Part shown: positions 36,112 to 45,909 of the stretch, piece after piece | Numbering within the stretch: position 1 is the first letter of the stretch | Layout: each line of letters begins with the position of its first letter | Source of the DNA: a phage | Sequence record: PQ338057.1 | Direction: 5' to 3' (one strand) | DNA: 64,000 nucleotides | Position numbers and translations under genes: made by a program | The notes under the pieces: generated by a model | Seen by the model: the letters and a program-made list of their open reading frames with translations, nothing else | Told to the model about the DNA's origin: nothing | Database searches by the model: none

Positions 36112-37797
36112 GTGAATATAAACGTCGCCGAATTGTTAAATGGGAATTACATTCTGTTATTATTTGTGGTCCTCGCGCTTGGGCTATGTCTCGGAAAGTT
36201 ACGACTTGGTTCGATCCAACTGGGTAATTCCATTGGCGTTTTAGTCGTATCGCTGTTATTAGGCCAACAACATTTCAGCATTAACACCGATGCGCTTAAT
36301 CTTGGCTTTATGCTGTTTATTTTCTGCGTCGGGGTCGAAGCCGGACCGAACTTTTTTTCCATTTTTTTTCGCGATGGGAAAAATTACCTAATGTTAGCAC
36401 TGGTGATGGTTGGCAGTGCGCTGGTGATCGCCTTAGGGTTAGGTAAGCTGTTTGGCTGGGATATTGGCCTGACGGCCGGTATGTTAGCAGGCTCTATGAC
36501 GTCGACACCGGTTCTGGTCGGTGCTGGCGATACACTGCGTCATTCCGGCATGGAAAGCAGGCAGCTCTCACTGGCACTGGATAATCTGAGCCTCGGGTAT
36601 GCCTTAACCTATTTAATCGGTCTGGTGAGTTTGATTGTTGGTGCGCGTTACTTGCCGAAATTGCAGCATCAGGACTTACAGACCAGCGCCCAGCAAATCG
36701 CCCGCGAACGTGGCCTGGACACTGATGCCAACCGTAAGGTTTATTTACCGGTGATCCGCGCCTATCGCGTCGGCCCGGAACTGGTGGCCTGGACCGACGG
36801 CAAAAATCTGCGTGAACTGGGTATTTATCGACAAACCGGCTGCTACATTGAACGTATTCGACGTAACGGGATTCTGGCAAATCCAGACGGTGATGCCGTG
36901 CTACAAATGGGCGATGAAATAGCGTTGGTAGGCTATCCCGACGCCCATGCCCGACTCGATCCCAGCTTCCGTAACGGTAAAGAAGTTTTCGATCGTGACC
37001 TTCTCGACATGCGTATCGTCACTGAAGAAGTGGTCGTTAAAAACCATAACGCTGTAGGTAAACGTCTCGCACAACTGAAGTTGACCGATCACGGTTGCTT
37101 CCTTAACCGCGTCATTCGTAGCCAGATTGAGATGCCGATAGATGACAACGTCGTGCTTAACAAAGGTGACGTTTTACAAGTCAGCGGCGATGCCCGCCGC
37201 GTAAAAACCATCGCCGATCGCATCGGCTTTATCTCGATTCACAGCCAGGTCACTGACCTGCTGGCATTCTGCGCCTTCTTTGTTATTGGGCTGATGATCG
37301 GGATGATCACCTTCCAGTTCAGCACATTCAGTTTCGGCATGGGGAACGCTGCCGGGTTGTTATTCGCCGGAATTATGCTGGGCTTTATGCGTGCTAACCA
37401 CCCGACCTTCGGTTACATTCCGCAGGGTGCATTAAGCATGGTGAAAGAGTTCGGCTTGATGGTGTTTATGGCAGGCGTTGGTCTGAGCGCCGGTAGCGGT
37501 ATTAATAACGGCCTGGGCGCGATTGGCGGTCAGATGTTGATTGCCGGATTGATTGTCAGTCTGGTGCCCGTGGTTATCTGTTTCTTGTTCGGTGCTTATG
37601 TATTGCGAATGAACCGCGCGCTGTTGTTCGGCGCAATGATGGGCGCACGTACCTGCGCGCCGGCAATGGAGATCATCAGTGATACAGCTCGCAGTAACAT
37701 CCCGGCGCTGGGCTATGCGGGCACCTATGCAATCGCCAACGTCCTGCTGACGCTGGCAGGGACAATCATCGTCATGGTATGGCCAGGATTAGGATAA
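36112..37797 (+). CDS. ybjL: Putative transporter YbjL (duplicated membrane domains plus cytoplasmic domain)
   Basis: 561 aa; conserved synteny. Confidence 0.9.
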
Positions 37798-37918
37798 AAC
37801 TGAAGTTGCCCTGAAAATGAAATTTTTTTGCACAACCGCAGAACTTTTCCGCAGGGCATCAGTCTTAATTAGTGCCACTGCTTTTCTTTGATGTCCCCAT
37901 TTTGTGGAGCCCATCAAC

Positions 37919-37961
37919 CCCGCCATTTCGGTTCAAGGTTGATGGGTTTTTTGTTGCCTGA
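37919..37961 (+). terminator. ybjL intrinsic terminator
   Basis: 10-bp stem cccatcaacc/ggttgatggg followed by T-run. Confidence 0.55.
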
Positions 37962-38009
37962 AATTTATGCTCTTTAAAATCATGATGTTAGAAGCACTGT
38001 TTTTTAACG

Positions 38010-38032
38010 ATGGCGACAAAATGGCGGCAGCG
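38010..38032. repeat. Prophage att core repeat (ogr-proximal end)
   Basis: atggcgacaaaatggcggcagcg; 22/23 identical to 61982-62004; abuts ogr stop codon. Confidence 0.6.
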
Positions 38033-38284
38033 TCAAAGAGAGAGCGCCACCTGTCCTGATTTCATTGGATGCGGCTGAACCGGATTTGACTCTTTTGGCG
38101 TTGCAATCGAACGAACAAAAGTTTCATGAGTAACAAAAGTATGGCTGCAGTTAATGTTCTGGCACTGGTTGTAACGCTCTTTGGTCAATGAAGATACCTG
38201 AAAACTGCTGCGAGTATGGGCGGCACTTCCACACAGTGGGCAAATCATCATTTTTCGAGTTCTCCCCATTTTTGCTAAATTCAC
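38033..38284 (-). CDS. ogr: Ogr/Delta-type zinc-finger late-gene activator
   Basis: 83 aa; CPLCGSAAH...CQNINCSHTF four-Cys motif as in P2 Ogr. Confidence 0.85.
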   Translation of the reverse strand: MNLAKMGRTRKMMICPLCGSAAHTRSSFQVSSLTKERYNQCQNINCSHTFVTHETFVRSIATPKESNPVQPHPMKSGQVALSL

Positions 38285-38341
38285 AATAATGATACCGCAT
38301 TATTCCATTTTGAGAACTTAAAAGTTCTCCATTGCGAAGAA

Positions 38342-38710
38342 TCATTCCATTTCGAAATCATCAATCTTCACTTCAAGCTCCAGACTGGTCGTAAAACCGT
38401 TATCCGGGCTGACAGTATGCGTCAGGGTGGTAATAGTCCATTCCGCATCATCTATCGGCTGTTTAAAGCCACTGACTTTCACTGGCATTTCCGTGTAGAG
38501 ATCTGCCCGCCCTTCCGCCAGTTGTAGCGAGAATGACGCAACGCCGCGTTGCAGGCGTTCCCACTGCATTTTCGCCGCTCGTTCGGCGTTGCTCCGGTTG
38601 GCATAAGTGCGATTAAGTACCAGCACGTTTTCATCCGTACCCACCAGGTAATCGCCCTGCTTCGCTTCCGGCTCTTTCTTCTGCTTCTTAGTTCTGCGCT
38701 TACGCTTCAC
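38342..38710 (-). pseudogene. C-terminal remnant of P2 gpD-like late tail protein
   Basis: 122-aa ORF immediately upstream of ogr as in P2 (U-D-ogr); far shorter than gpD (~390 aa); fused to the invertase remnant. Confidence 0.55.
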
Positions 38711-38988
38711 CGTGGTGCTTTCTTTCTTCGCAGGTTCGCGGGTAACTCTTCTATCAGCGTAACAAGATGCCGCATACTGCGCCCCAACCTGTCCAGCTTC
38801 CAGACAACCAGCGTGTCTCCTGCCGATAGTGTCCTGAGCAGTTTTTTCAGCCCCGGTCTGTCGGACTTAGTGCCGCTGATTTTATCCTCAAAAATCCGCT
38901 CACATCCCGCGCAGTTCAGCGCACTACGTTGCAAATCGGTGTTCTGGTCATTTGTTGACACGCGTACATAGCCAATAAGCATGATCAT
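38707..38988 (-). pseudogene. Truncated Gin/Pin/Hin-family serine DNA invertase (N-terminal ~80 aa only)
   Basis: MLIGYVRVSTNDQNTDLQ...DTLVVWKLDRLGRS matches the invertase catalytic domain; C-terminal HTH domain absent. Confidence 0.75.
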
Positions 38989-39009
38989 CTCCTTGAATAA
39001 AAATCGGGG

Positions 39010-39552
39010 ATGATGCCAGTTAGTCGTAATCGCTGCATTTTCTTAAACGTTGGTTTGGGAGAAGACTCTGCATTACCTGTTGGGGTGCCTGTTCCGTGGC
39101 CTTCAGCCACTCCGCCTACAGGCTGGCTGAAATGCAATGGTGCAGCTTTTTCTGCTGAAGAATACCCGGAACTGGCAAAGGCTTATCCGACAAATAAATT
39201 GCCTGATTTACGTGGTGAGTTTATTCGTGGCTGGGATGATGGGCGTGGTATTGATGCTGGACGTGCCTTGCTAAGTCTTCAGAATGGAGGAGTGGAATCA
39301 CACACCCACCAGGGACAGCTCTTCAGAGTCAGTGATTATCGTACAAAAGAAATACCAGCATCAGAAGTTATGGGAAGAGGATATATTGCAAGCCTGACGC
39401 CGGGTGCTGATAGCCCACTTGATTTTGATGATTATTCTGTATCCTCTAATCCAAATGGATATTTTGTCGGGAATCAGAGAACAACAGCATATGGGGTAAA
39501 TGAAACCCGCCCACGGAATATTGCATTTAACTATATCGTGAGGGCTGCATAA
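39010..39552 (+). CDS. Alternative tail-fibre C-terminal cassette (promoterless) in invertible segment
   Basis: Opposite orientation to H; shares the GLG junction with H at the crossover repeat; followed by its own tfa gene. Confidence 0.7.
   Translation: MMPVSRNRCIFLNVGLGEDSALPVGVPVPWPSATPPTGWLKCNGAAFSAEEYPELAKAYPTNKLPDLRGEFIRGWDDGRGIDAGRALLSLQNGGVESHTHQGQLFRVSDYRTKEIPASEVMGRGYIASLTPGADSPLDFDDYSVSSNPNGYFVGNQRTTAYGVNETRPRNIAFNYIVRAA
39041..39064. repeat. gix/hix-like invertase crossover site (invertase-proximal)
   Basis: ttcttaaacgttggtttgggagaa; 13-bp core ttggtttgggaga is a perfect inverted copy of 41127-41139. Confidence 0.55.
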
Positions 39553-40154
39553 TGGATAACGCTGTATTAAATAGCGAGCTTATTGCCACGAAGGCGGGAA
39601 ATATTCCTGTCTATAACTATGATGGTGAAACACGGGAATATATTTCCACTTCAAATGAATATCTTTCCGTTGGTGTCGGCATTCCGGCATGTTCCTGTTT
39701 AGATGCCCCTGGCACACATAAGGCTGATTATGCAATCTGCCGTTCTACAGATTTTAACTCATGGGAATATGTGCCAGATCATCGCGGTGAAATCGTCTAT
39801 AACACCGAAACGGGAGATGCCAAAGAAATCACAGCTCCGGGTGATTACCCTGAAAATACAACCACTATCGCACCGTTAACGCCATACGATAAATGGGATG
39901 GTGAGAAATGGGTGACAGATACTGAGGCACAACACGGTGCCGCAGTAGAAGTGGCAGAAGCACAACGCCAGTCACTGATTGATGCAGCAATGGCTTCCAT
40001 TAGTCTGATTCAGCTGAAATTGCAGGCCGGGCGGAAGCTGATGCAGGCAGAAACCACCCGACTTAACATTGTGCTGGATTACATTGACGCGGTGACGGCA
40101 ACAGATACCAGCACCGCGCCGGATGTCATCTGGCCTGAACTGCCGGAGGCGTAG
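39552..40154 (+). CDS. Tail-fibre assembly chaperone (alternative Tfa)
   Basis: 200 aa; convergent with the prophage G-like tfa; typical Mu-G-segment-like layout. Confidence 0.75.
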   Translation: MDNAVLNSELIATKAGNIPVYNYDGETREYISTSNEYLSVGVGIPACSCLDAPGTHKADYAICRSTDFNSWEYVPDHRGEIVYNTETGDAKEITAPGDYPENTTTIAPLTPYDKWDGEKWVTDTEAQHGAAVEVAEAQRQSLIDAAMASISLIQLKLQAGRKLMQAETTRLNIVLDYIDAVTATDTSTAPDVIWPELPEA

Positions 40155-40563
40155 GCCATTCAATATCTGGCACACTGGAGGTATCAACCAGCTCCAGTGC
40201 GTCCAGATAATCCAGCCACGAATTATATTGCGCCAGTTCCTCGCCTTTCAGACGACCAATAGCGGCTTTACCGGGCCATTGTTTACTGTTCATGTATTCG
40301 TTGGCCTGATTAATTAATAGCTGTCTTTTTGACTCAGAAATTTCAATAAGTTCTTCATGCGTGGGTGAAGGAATATCTGCCCACGCAGGCATTCCGTCTG
40401 CACCTGCAATACGTCGCTTACCCTGCGGAGGTGTCGCCATAAACGACTCGGCACGTCGGGTTTCAATATCTTTTGCATCATCAGGCCATGTGCCGGAATC
40501 GCGGTATACGGCCTCATTACCAGCCAGATAAAACGCATTTTTTTTAGCACTGTATTTGTACAT
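40126..40563 (-). CDS. Tail-fibre assembly protein (P2 gpG-like)
   Basis: 145 aa directly downstream of H. Confidence 0.8.
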   Translation of the reverse strand: MYKYSAKKNAFYLAGNEAVYRDSGTWPDDAKDIETRRAESFMATPPQGKRRIAGADGMPAWADIPSPTHEELIEISESKRQLLINQANEYMNSKQWPGKAAIGRLKGEELAQYNSWLDYLDALELVDTSSVPDIEWPTPPAVQAR

Positions 40564-40564
40564 A

Positions 40565-42187
40565 TTATTTCCCTACCGCAATCCAGAAAAATGAACTCAT
40601 GCTGGCTACTGGTGCTCCGCCCGCTGTTGGAATCATCAGATTTCGGACGCCGCATCCTAAATTAGTTATCGTTGGCGCTGAAATTACTGGCGACTGAACT
40701 ACGTTAGGAAGCGATGCCTGCTGAGGACCAAATCCCACATACATCGGGTATGCAGAGAACGCGACAGGAAACGTAATAAAGATCTCTCCAGTTGATGATG
40801 GATTGGCTGCCCCCCACTGAATAATCAGACCTGACGGTAATTTTTGCCAGCCAGGGCTGGTCAGGCTGGATGTGAAGTCATTCATATCCGGAATCTGATT
40901 TGCCCCTGAGCCAACATCCCTTTGAGCCGCACTTTTCAGATCAAGATAAGTTCTTAGTTCAGCCTTATCCTTACCGCTTAAATCTGTCAGTGTCTGGTCT
41001 TTTGGTTGCGCATAGTCTTTTGTTGCCAGACGAACTACTGTATTTGTTCTGGCGAATCGCATATACGGGGCATTGACGTTACTACTGTCAAACCCTGCAA
41101 TTTTACATTCATCACCAATTAATGCATCTCCCAAACCAAGGTATGCGAGAAGACCAGCTACATCCTTTCCACTCAAATTAGTCAGCGTATTGTCCAACGG
41201 TTGTTTACCTGCCAGCGCATTAAGCATTGTCGTGGCAAAGTTCGGGTCATTCCCCAGCGCCGCAGCCAGTTCGTTCAGTGTATCCAGTGCAGCAGGTGCA
41301 GACCCCACCATTGCCGCAATTGCCGATTTCACAAAAGCCGTGGTGGCAATCTGTGTATTGTTAACCGACTGTGCGGCAGTGGGGGCTGTTGGCGTTCCGG
41401 TGAATGCCGGACTTAACAGCGGCGCTTTCAGTGCCAGCGCATTGTTAATGGTGGTACTGAATTTCGGGTCATTATTAATGGCAGCGGCAATTTCTTTCAT
41501 CGTATCCAGTGTGGCTGGCGCACCATTAATAAGGGCCATCAGTGCCGCCTGAACAAACGCGGTGGTCGCAATCTGCGTGGTGTTATTCCCCTCCGCTGGC
41601 GTTGGCGCTTTGGGTGTTCCGGTCAATGTCGGGCTTTCTTTGGGTGCATACTGTGAATGCGGGTCCGGTGCGGCAAGATGTTTTGCCATCTTATCATCCA
41701 CGAACACCTTCAGCTCCAGTACCTTGTCATCCACATACTTGCGGGTTGCCAGCACGACGGCAGGGTCGATTTTCAGGGTGATATTGTCCGTGCTGCTGGT
41801 AATCAGCACCATGCGCACGGTCTGGGTACGCCCACTGCCTTCAGCCAGTTGCGGCTTATAGCTTTCCGGGCAGTTTCCCACGGCAATCAATGCCCCGGAC
41901 TCATCAAACAGGCCCACTTCACGTATCCACCAACCGCCCTCATTTTCAGGGATTACCTGTTCAGCAATAATCTGGCTACTGTTCTGCGGGTCGATATAGA
42001 GCATATTCAGCGCAGCCCGGCGTTTCTCATTCACCAGTGCAGTCTGCTTTGCATCCGGCGTTGGCAATACTCCGCCGCCATCGCCGACCGCCATATGGGT
42101 AATTTTTAAAGGCACACCGAGCGCGGCGGCGCTGGCAAGTTTCGCCGCGCCAATATCCGTCAGCAGGGTATAAAATTTTGTGCTCAT
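40565..42187 (-). CDS. Tail fibre protein (P2 gpH-like)
   Basis: 540 aa; N-terminus MSTKFYTLLTDIGAAKLA...MAVGDGGG resembles P2 H. Confidence 0.88.
   Translation of the reverse strand: MSTKFYTLLTDIGAAKLASAAALGVPLKITHMAVGDGGGVLPTPDAKQTALVNEKRRAALNMLYIDPQNSSQIIAEQVIPENEGGWWIREVGLFDESGALIAVGNCPESYKPQLAEGSGRTQTVRMVLITSSTDNITLKIDPAVVLATRKYVDDKVLELKVFVDDKMAKHLAAPDPHSQYAPKESPTLTGTPKAPTPAEGNNTTQIATTAFVQAALMALINGAPATLDTMKEIAAAINNDPKFSTTINNALALKAPLLSPAFTGTPTAPTAAQSVNNTQIATTAFVKSAIAAMVGSAPAALDTLNELAAALGNDPNFATTMLNALAGKQPLDNTLTNLSGKDVAGLLAYLGLGDALIGDECKIAGFDSSNVNAPYMRFARTNTVVRLATKDYAQPKDQTLTDLSGKDKAELRTYLDLKSAAQRDVGSGANQIPDMNDFTSSLTSPGWQKLPSGLIIQWGAANPSSTGEIFITFPVAFSAYPMYVGFGPQQASLPNVVQSPVISAPTITNLGCGVRNLMIPTAGGAPVASMSSFFWIAVGK
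41127..41152. repeat. gix/hix-like invertase crossover site inside H
   Basis: tctcccaaaccaa is the reverse complement of the 39050-39062 core; sits at the GLG codons of H. Confidence 0.55.
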
Positions 42188-42789
42188 GGATTCACTCTCA
42201 TTGTGTCAATAACATGGACCGCCCCGCCTTCATGCGCGGTGCCACCGGAAATAATTGTTTCGTTGATATACGGATAGATCGTGATTTCTTCGCCAAGATA
42301 GCTGGCGGCTCCCACCCAATGCGGGCCGCTGGTCTGCAGGTTGATGGACATGCCGATCATGTGACGGCTGCATGGTTTGGCATCGCTTATCAGTCGCTCA
42401 AGTTCCAGATAGGTATCTTCAGTGATGCCCTGGTCCTGCACGCCGATATCCAGACGAAACGTGCCCGGTGTCTCTCCGGTCTGCCACCACTCAATAATGC
42501 GGATCAGAAAGCCGAACGGCTCCACCACCCGCCGCACGGCACTGGTGGTCCCTTTATGCTGATGAATATAAAAAGCATCCTTCACCACCTGGCGCTTGAC
42601 ACTTTCTGTCCAGTCCTCGTCCCAGCGATCCACAGAGAACGCCCAGGCGAGATAAGGCAGGAAACTGACCGGACAGGTTGCCGGATTCCACAAGTCACGA
42701 AGCGGCACCTGCAGATCAGAAATCCCGCTGCAGGTTTGCGCCAGTCGGCGCTCCAGTGGTGTTGAACCCGGTGGCAGCAGACTATTCAT
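42184..42789 (-). CDS. Baseplate assembly protein (P2 gpI-like)
   Basis: 201 aa; position between J and H. Confidence 0.85.
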   Translation of the reverse strand: MNSLLPPGSTPLERRLAQTCSGISDLQVPLRDLWNPATCPVSFLPYLAWAFSVDRWDEDWTESVKRQVVKDAFYIHQHKGTTSAVRRVVEPFGFLIRIIEWWQTGETPGTFRLDIGVQDQGITEDTYLELERLISDAKPCSRHMIGMSINLQTSGPHWVGAASYLGEEITIYPYINETIISGGTAHEGGAVHVIDTMRVNP

Positions 42790-43690
42790 CCGTTCCTCCG
42801 TTGGTTACGCTCCACTGCGTACATGATGCCGCCTGTGTTTTGTTCAGGACCACATCCGCCAGAGGAGAAGCCAGCTCCACACGCTGCACACCCTCAACAT
42901 GCAAGGCGGCAAAGATGGCGCTACGGCGAATATCCCGACCAAGACGCGTCTGACTGGCGATGTACTTCTGCAGGCTGGCTTTTGCCGCTGCCATTACCGG
43001 CTCTGCTTCCGGTCCCGGATAGAGAAAAATGGTGGCTTCCACGCGATACGGGATGATTTCTGCGCTGCGAACCGTCAGACGGTCAGCCACCGGGCGGACG
43101 TTCTCACTGTTCAGGGCTTTTTCCACCACATCCAGCAGGTCTTTTTCTGCTGTTCCGTCGCCTTCACGGCTAAGGACAGTCAGTACCACCTCTGCAGGTG
43201 CCGGACTGGTTGCACTGGCATCCGCCACCCGACCGTCGGCGCTTCGGGCATGAAATTCATAGGCTGCAGTTGGCCCCGCAACTGAAAGCCCTTCAAAGGC
43301 TGCAGGCACACGCAGGCGTAACGCTTCATCGCTTTCCATCACAGCCGCAACGGGCGGCACAGCGTCATTATCAGCAGGCGTCACCGTCAGGCGTTTCACG
43401 TTGTAGTTGGCAGCGAGCTGGTCAAGATCGCCGCCCATCGCGTAAGCCACCATCACCGCCTGCGCGGCTTCGTTAATGCGCTGGCGCAGAAGCAACTCAC
43501 GGTAAGCATTCTCCTGCAGCAATTTGGTGACGGGTTCAGATTCCAGTTCCAGCGTGCGGATCACGGCTTCCTGCTCATCTTTCGGATGAAGCGCAACAAA
43601 TTCGGCCTTGCGTTCGGCAAGCAACGTCTCAAAGTCCGGCACATCGACAATCTGCGGCGCAGGCAACTGCGAAAGGTCAATCACTGCCAT
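42782..43690 (-). CDS. Baseplate assembly protein J (P2 gpJ-like)
   Basis: 302 aa from MAVIDLSQLPAP; closely resembles P2 gpJ as recalled. Confidence 0.88.
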   Translation of the reverse strand: MAVIDLSQLPAPQIVDVPDFETLLAERKAEFVALHPKDEQEAVIRTLELESEPVTKLLQENAYRELLLRQRINEAAQAVMVAYAMGGDLDQLAANYNVKRLTVTPADNDAVPPVAAVMESDEALRLRVPAAFEGLSVAGPTAAYEFHARSADGRVADASATSPAPAEVVLTVLSREGDGTAEKDLLDVVEKALNSENVRPVADRLTVRSAEIIPYRVEATIFLYPGPEAEPVMAAAKASLQKYIASQTRLGRDIRRSAIFAALHVEGVQRVELASPLADVVLNKTQAASCTQWSVTNGGTDE

Positions 43691-44036
43691 TCTCTGCTCC
43701 TGTTGATACGGAAAGGGAAACAGGCACACCGTTATTACGCCGCCCGGTCAGTCCCACCACCATTGAACCGTCAAAATTGCTGTTAATGGTGATGGAATCC
43801 AGCGTCAGCCGTGGCTCCCAGCGACTCAGCGCCACATACACTGCCGACATGACCTGCAGGCGTAACGCCGGATTTTGTGGCTGGTCTATCAGTGCCGACA
43901 GCAGGGAACCATATTCACGGCGAGCAATGCGGCTACCCTGCGGCGTCAGCAGAATGTCCCGCACCGACTGGCGCAGATGGTCAATATCAGTAATGACTTT
44001 GCCGCTGGTATTGTTCATCCCGCTATAAAGCGTCAT
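43677..44036 (-). CDS. Baseplate protein W (P2 gpW-like)
   Basis: 119 aa between V and J. Confidence 0.8.
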   Translation of the reverse strand: MTLYSGMNNTSGKVITDIDHLRQSVRDILLTPQGSRIARREYGSLLSALIDQPQNPALRLQVMSAVYVALSRWEPRLTLDSITINSNFDGSMVVGLTGRRNNGVPVSLSVSTGAENGSD

Positions 44037-44611
44037 ACCGGGCCTCCGGTTGTATCGCCGCCTTTCAGGACGCCAGTATGCTGATGCGCATCAACCACGA
44101 TCCCGTTAGAACTCATCGCTCCGCCGCCCTGGGTAACGCCACCATTGATCACCACTTCGCTGTTAATGCGCGTGCGGTCAGCCTCCAGTACAAACTCACT
44201 GGTTTTCATGGTGATGTTATCAGCGGCCTCAATGACCATTGATTTGATGCCCCTGACATACCAGCGCCCGGTGGCGGGTTCGTATTCAAACCAGCCACCG
44301 TCAGGATGTTCTGTCACGCAGGCGTCCGCCGACGTCGACGGTGGTGCGAACTGATTCGAATAGACAGCGGGCAGCGCAAAGGCAGTCTCCAGATTGCCGC
44401 CCAGACTCAGCAGCACCACCTGCTCACCTTCCGATGGTCGCCACCATGTGCGGGCATTACCCGCGCGCAGCGTCAGCCAGCTGATCCAGTTGGTTTCAAG
44501 GTCGCCCGTTTTCACCCGACAAAGCCAGTTTTCCCGGTCCACTTCGGTGACTACACCTATGCGGATCAGATTGGTGATAAGGCGCATGATTTCGGTTAGT
44601 TGTGCGTTCAT
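44033..44611 (-). CDS. Baseplate spike/hub protein V (P2 gpV-like)
   Basis: 192 aa from MNAQLTEIMRLI; ORF-track start is upstream in AT-rich DNA. Confidence 0.8.
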   Translation of the reverse strand: MNAQLTEIMRLITNLIRIGVVTEVDRENWLCRVKTGDLETNWISWLTLRAGNARTWWRPSEGEQVVLLSLGGNLETAFALPAVYSNQFAPPSTSADACVTEHPDGGWFEYEPATGRWYVRGIKSMVIEAADNITMKTSEFVLEADRTRINSEVVINGGVTQGGGAMSSNGIVVDAHQHTGVLKGGDTTGGPV

Positions 44612-44657
44612 AGATATATGATGACAGCTGAAAACTTGTTTATAACTTCTTGCAAAT

Positions 44658-44675
44658 TGTGGTATCGATGGTACA
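44658..44675 (-). promoter_or_regulatory. Putative Ogr-dependent late promoter element upstream of V
   Basis: TGT-N12-ACA dyad (tgtggtatcgatggtaca) about 50 bp upstream of the V start. Confidence 0.4.
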
Positions 44676-44714
44676 AATTGATAAAAGGATAAAAAACAAC
44701 CAATAGGTGGATAA

Positions 44715-45521
44715 ATGAGTGTTATGAATCCAATAAGTTCTAATATATTTAATGCTGAATTTTTAAACACCCCGGCAGCGGCACTTGCCGCATGGATTTC
44801 CATTATTGGAGCTGTTATAACTTTGGTGACGATAGTTATAAGAGCACTATTCAAATATAGAAAATCTCATGATGTAATTTTGAAAAAATCAGGAATACCT
44901 GCGTTTATATTAAATTTTTTTCTTATACGAATATCATTAAAAAGGCTGCCTACTATCACATGGGCTGAAAAATCAATCACGGTTCTCTTTTCACTTCTTT
45001 TTTTGTGTGCAATTTATATTTTTGGTCCAGTTTTCATCCAAGCCATTAGAACCCCACCAAATAGCACATTGCTTTATTGGATAAAGTCCGGTGAATCATT
45101 TTATATGTCAAAAAAACTGGCGACTGCAGCTACAATATTAACCACTCCTGATTGGGAAATATCAAAAGATGATTGCGAAGAGTCATCCTCTGCCAGTACA
45201 GAGAAGTACAAATCATTAACTATCGAACATAAAGAAATTCTTTGTAAACTACTAACCACTGATGAAGGGAATACTTACATTGATGAAGAAGTCAAGAATT
45301 TCGTTAAAGACAAATTCTTTATCTATTCCTTTGCCCCAACAACCATATTTATTCTATTATGGATTTCTTTGGGTTTTATACTGACCATTCACTATTCTAA
45401 AAAAGTTAGGAAATATATTCTGACTGAACAAAAAAATGCAATTCATTGGGCATATGGTGAATTCAAGACAGAAGGAATCTATTCAATATATCACGAGTTA
45501 GAACGTAAGACTCACCATTAA
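44715..45521 (+). CDS. AT-rich cargo gene encoding a polytopic membrane protein
   Basis: 268 aa with several hydrophobic helices; SD aggtgg; anti-oriented between S and V where P2 has no gene. Confidence 0.6.
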   Translation: MSVMNPISSNIFNAEFLNTPAAALAAWISIIGAVITLVTIVIRALFKYRKSHDVILKKSGIPAFILNFFLIRISLKRLPTITWAEKSITVLFSLLFLCAIYIFGPVFIQAIRTPPNSTLLYWIKSGESFYMSKKLATAATILTTPDWEISKDDCEESSSASTEKYKSLTIEHKEILCKLLTTDEGNTYIDEEVKNFVKDKFFIYSFAPTTIFILLWISLGFILTIHYSKKVRKYILTEQKNAIHWAYGEFKTEGIYSIYHELERKTHH

Positions 45522-45909
45522 GACCCAACAAACGACGCTCTGCGTAACGCACTTCCGGTCCTTTGCGGCTGACGCGATCGCGCAGGCCATAATGGTGAAC
45601 GCGGGCAATGCGCTGCACCTTACTTTCAAACTGTACGCTGGCAGAGTCGGCGCTGGCGGCGGTTTTCAGGTATTTGGTGGTGCGCAGCTTTGCAAACATC
45701 TGACGTTTGATGCGGCCTTTTTTACTGCGCGCCGTGACCTTGCGCGGTTCATAACTGCTGCCATCTGGATTGCGCTGCATCCTGATATTCTGCTGCTGTG
45801 TCCGGCGCAGTTCCTGCGCCAGCTGGCGCATCATGCGGCTTCTTGCGACTGGTTCCAGATTCGCCAGTAAGGCACTAAGCCAGTCGTCCACCTTCTGCAG
45901 TTCAGCCAC
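45463..45909 (-). CDS. Tail completion/virion morphogenesis protein (P2 gpS-like)
   Basis: 148 aa, position between R and V. Confidence 0.55.
   Translation of the reverse strand: MAELQKVDDWLSALLANLEPVARSRMMRQLAQELRRTQQQNIRMQRNPDGSSYEPRKVTARSKKGRIKRQMFAKLRTTKYLKTAASADSASVQFESKVQRIARVHHYGLRDRVSRKGPEVRYAERRLLGLNGESYVLTRDILNRFLLS

Noticed and set aside
40565-42187. Long plus-strand ORFs (up to 159 aa) opposite the tail-fibre gene H
   Set aside because: Antisense frames in a repeat-rich, Ala/Gly-rich coding region; no start context or homology.
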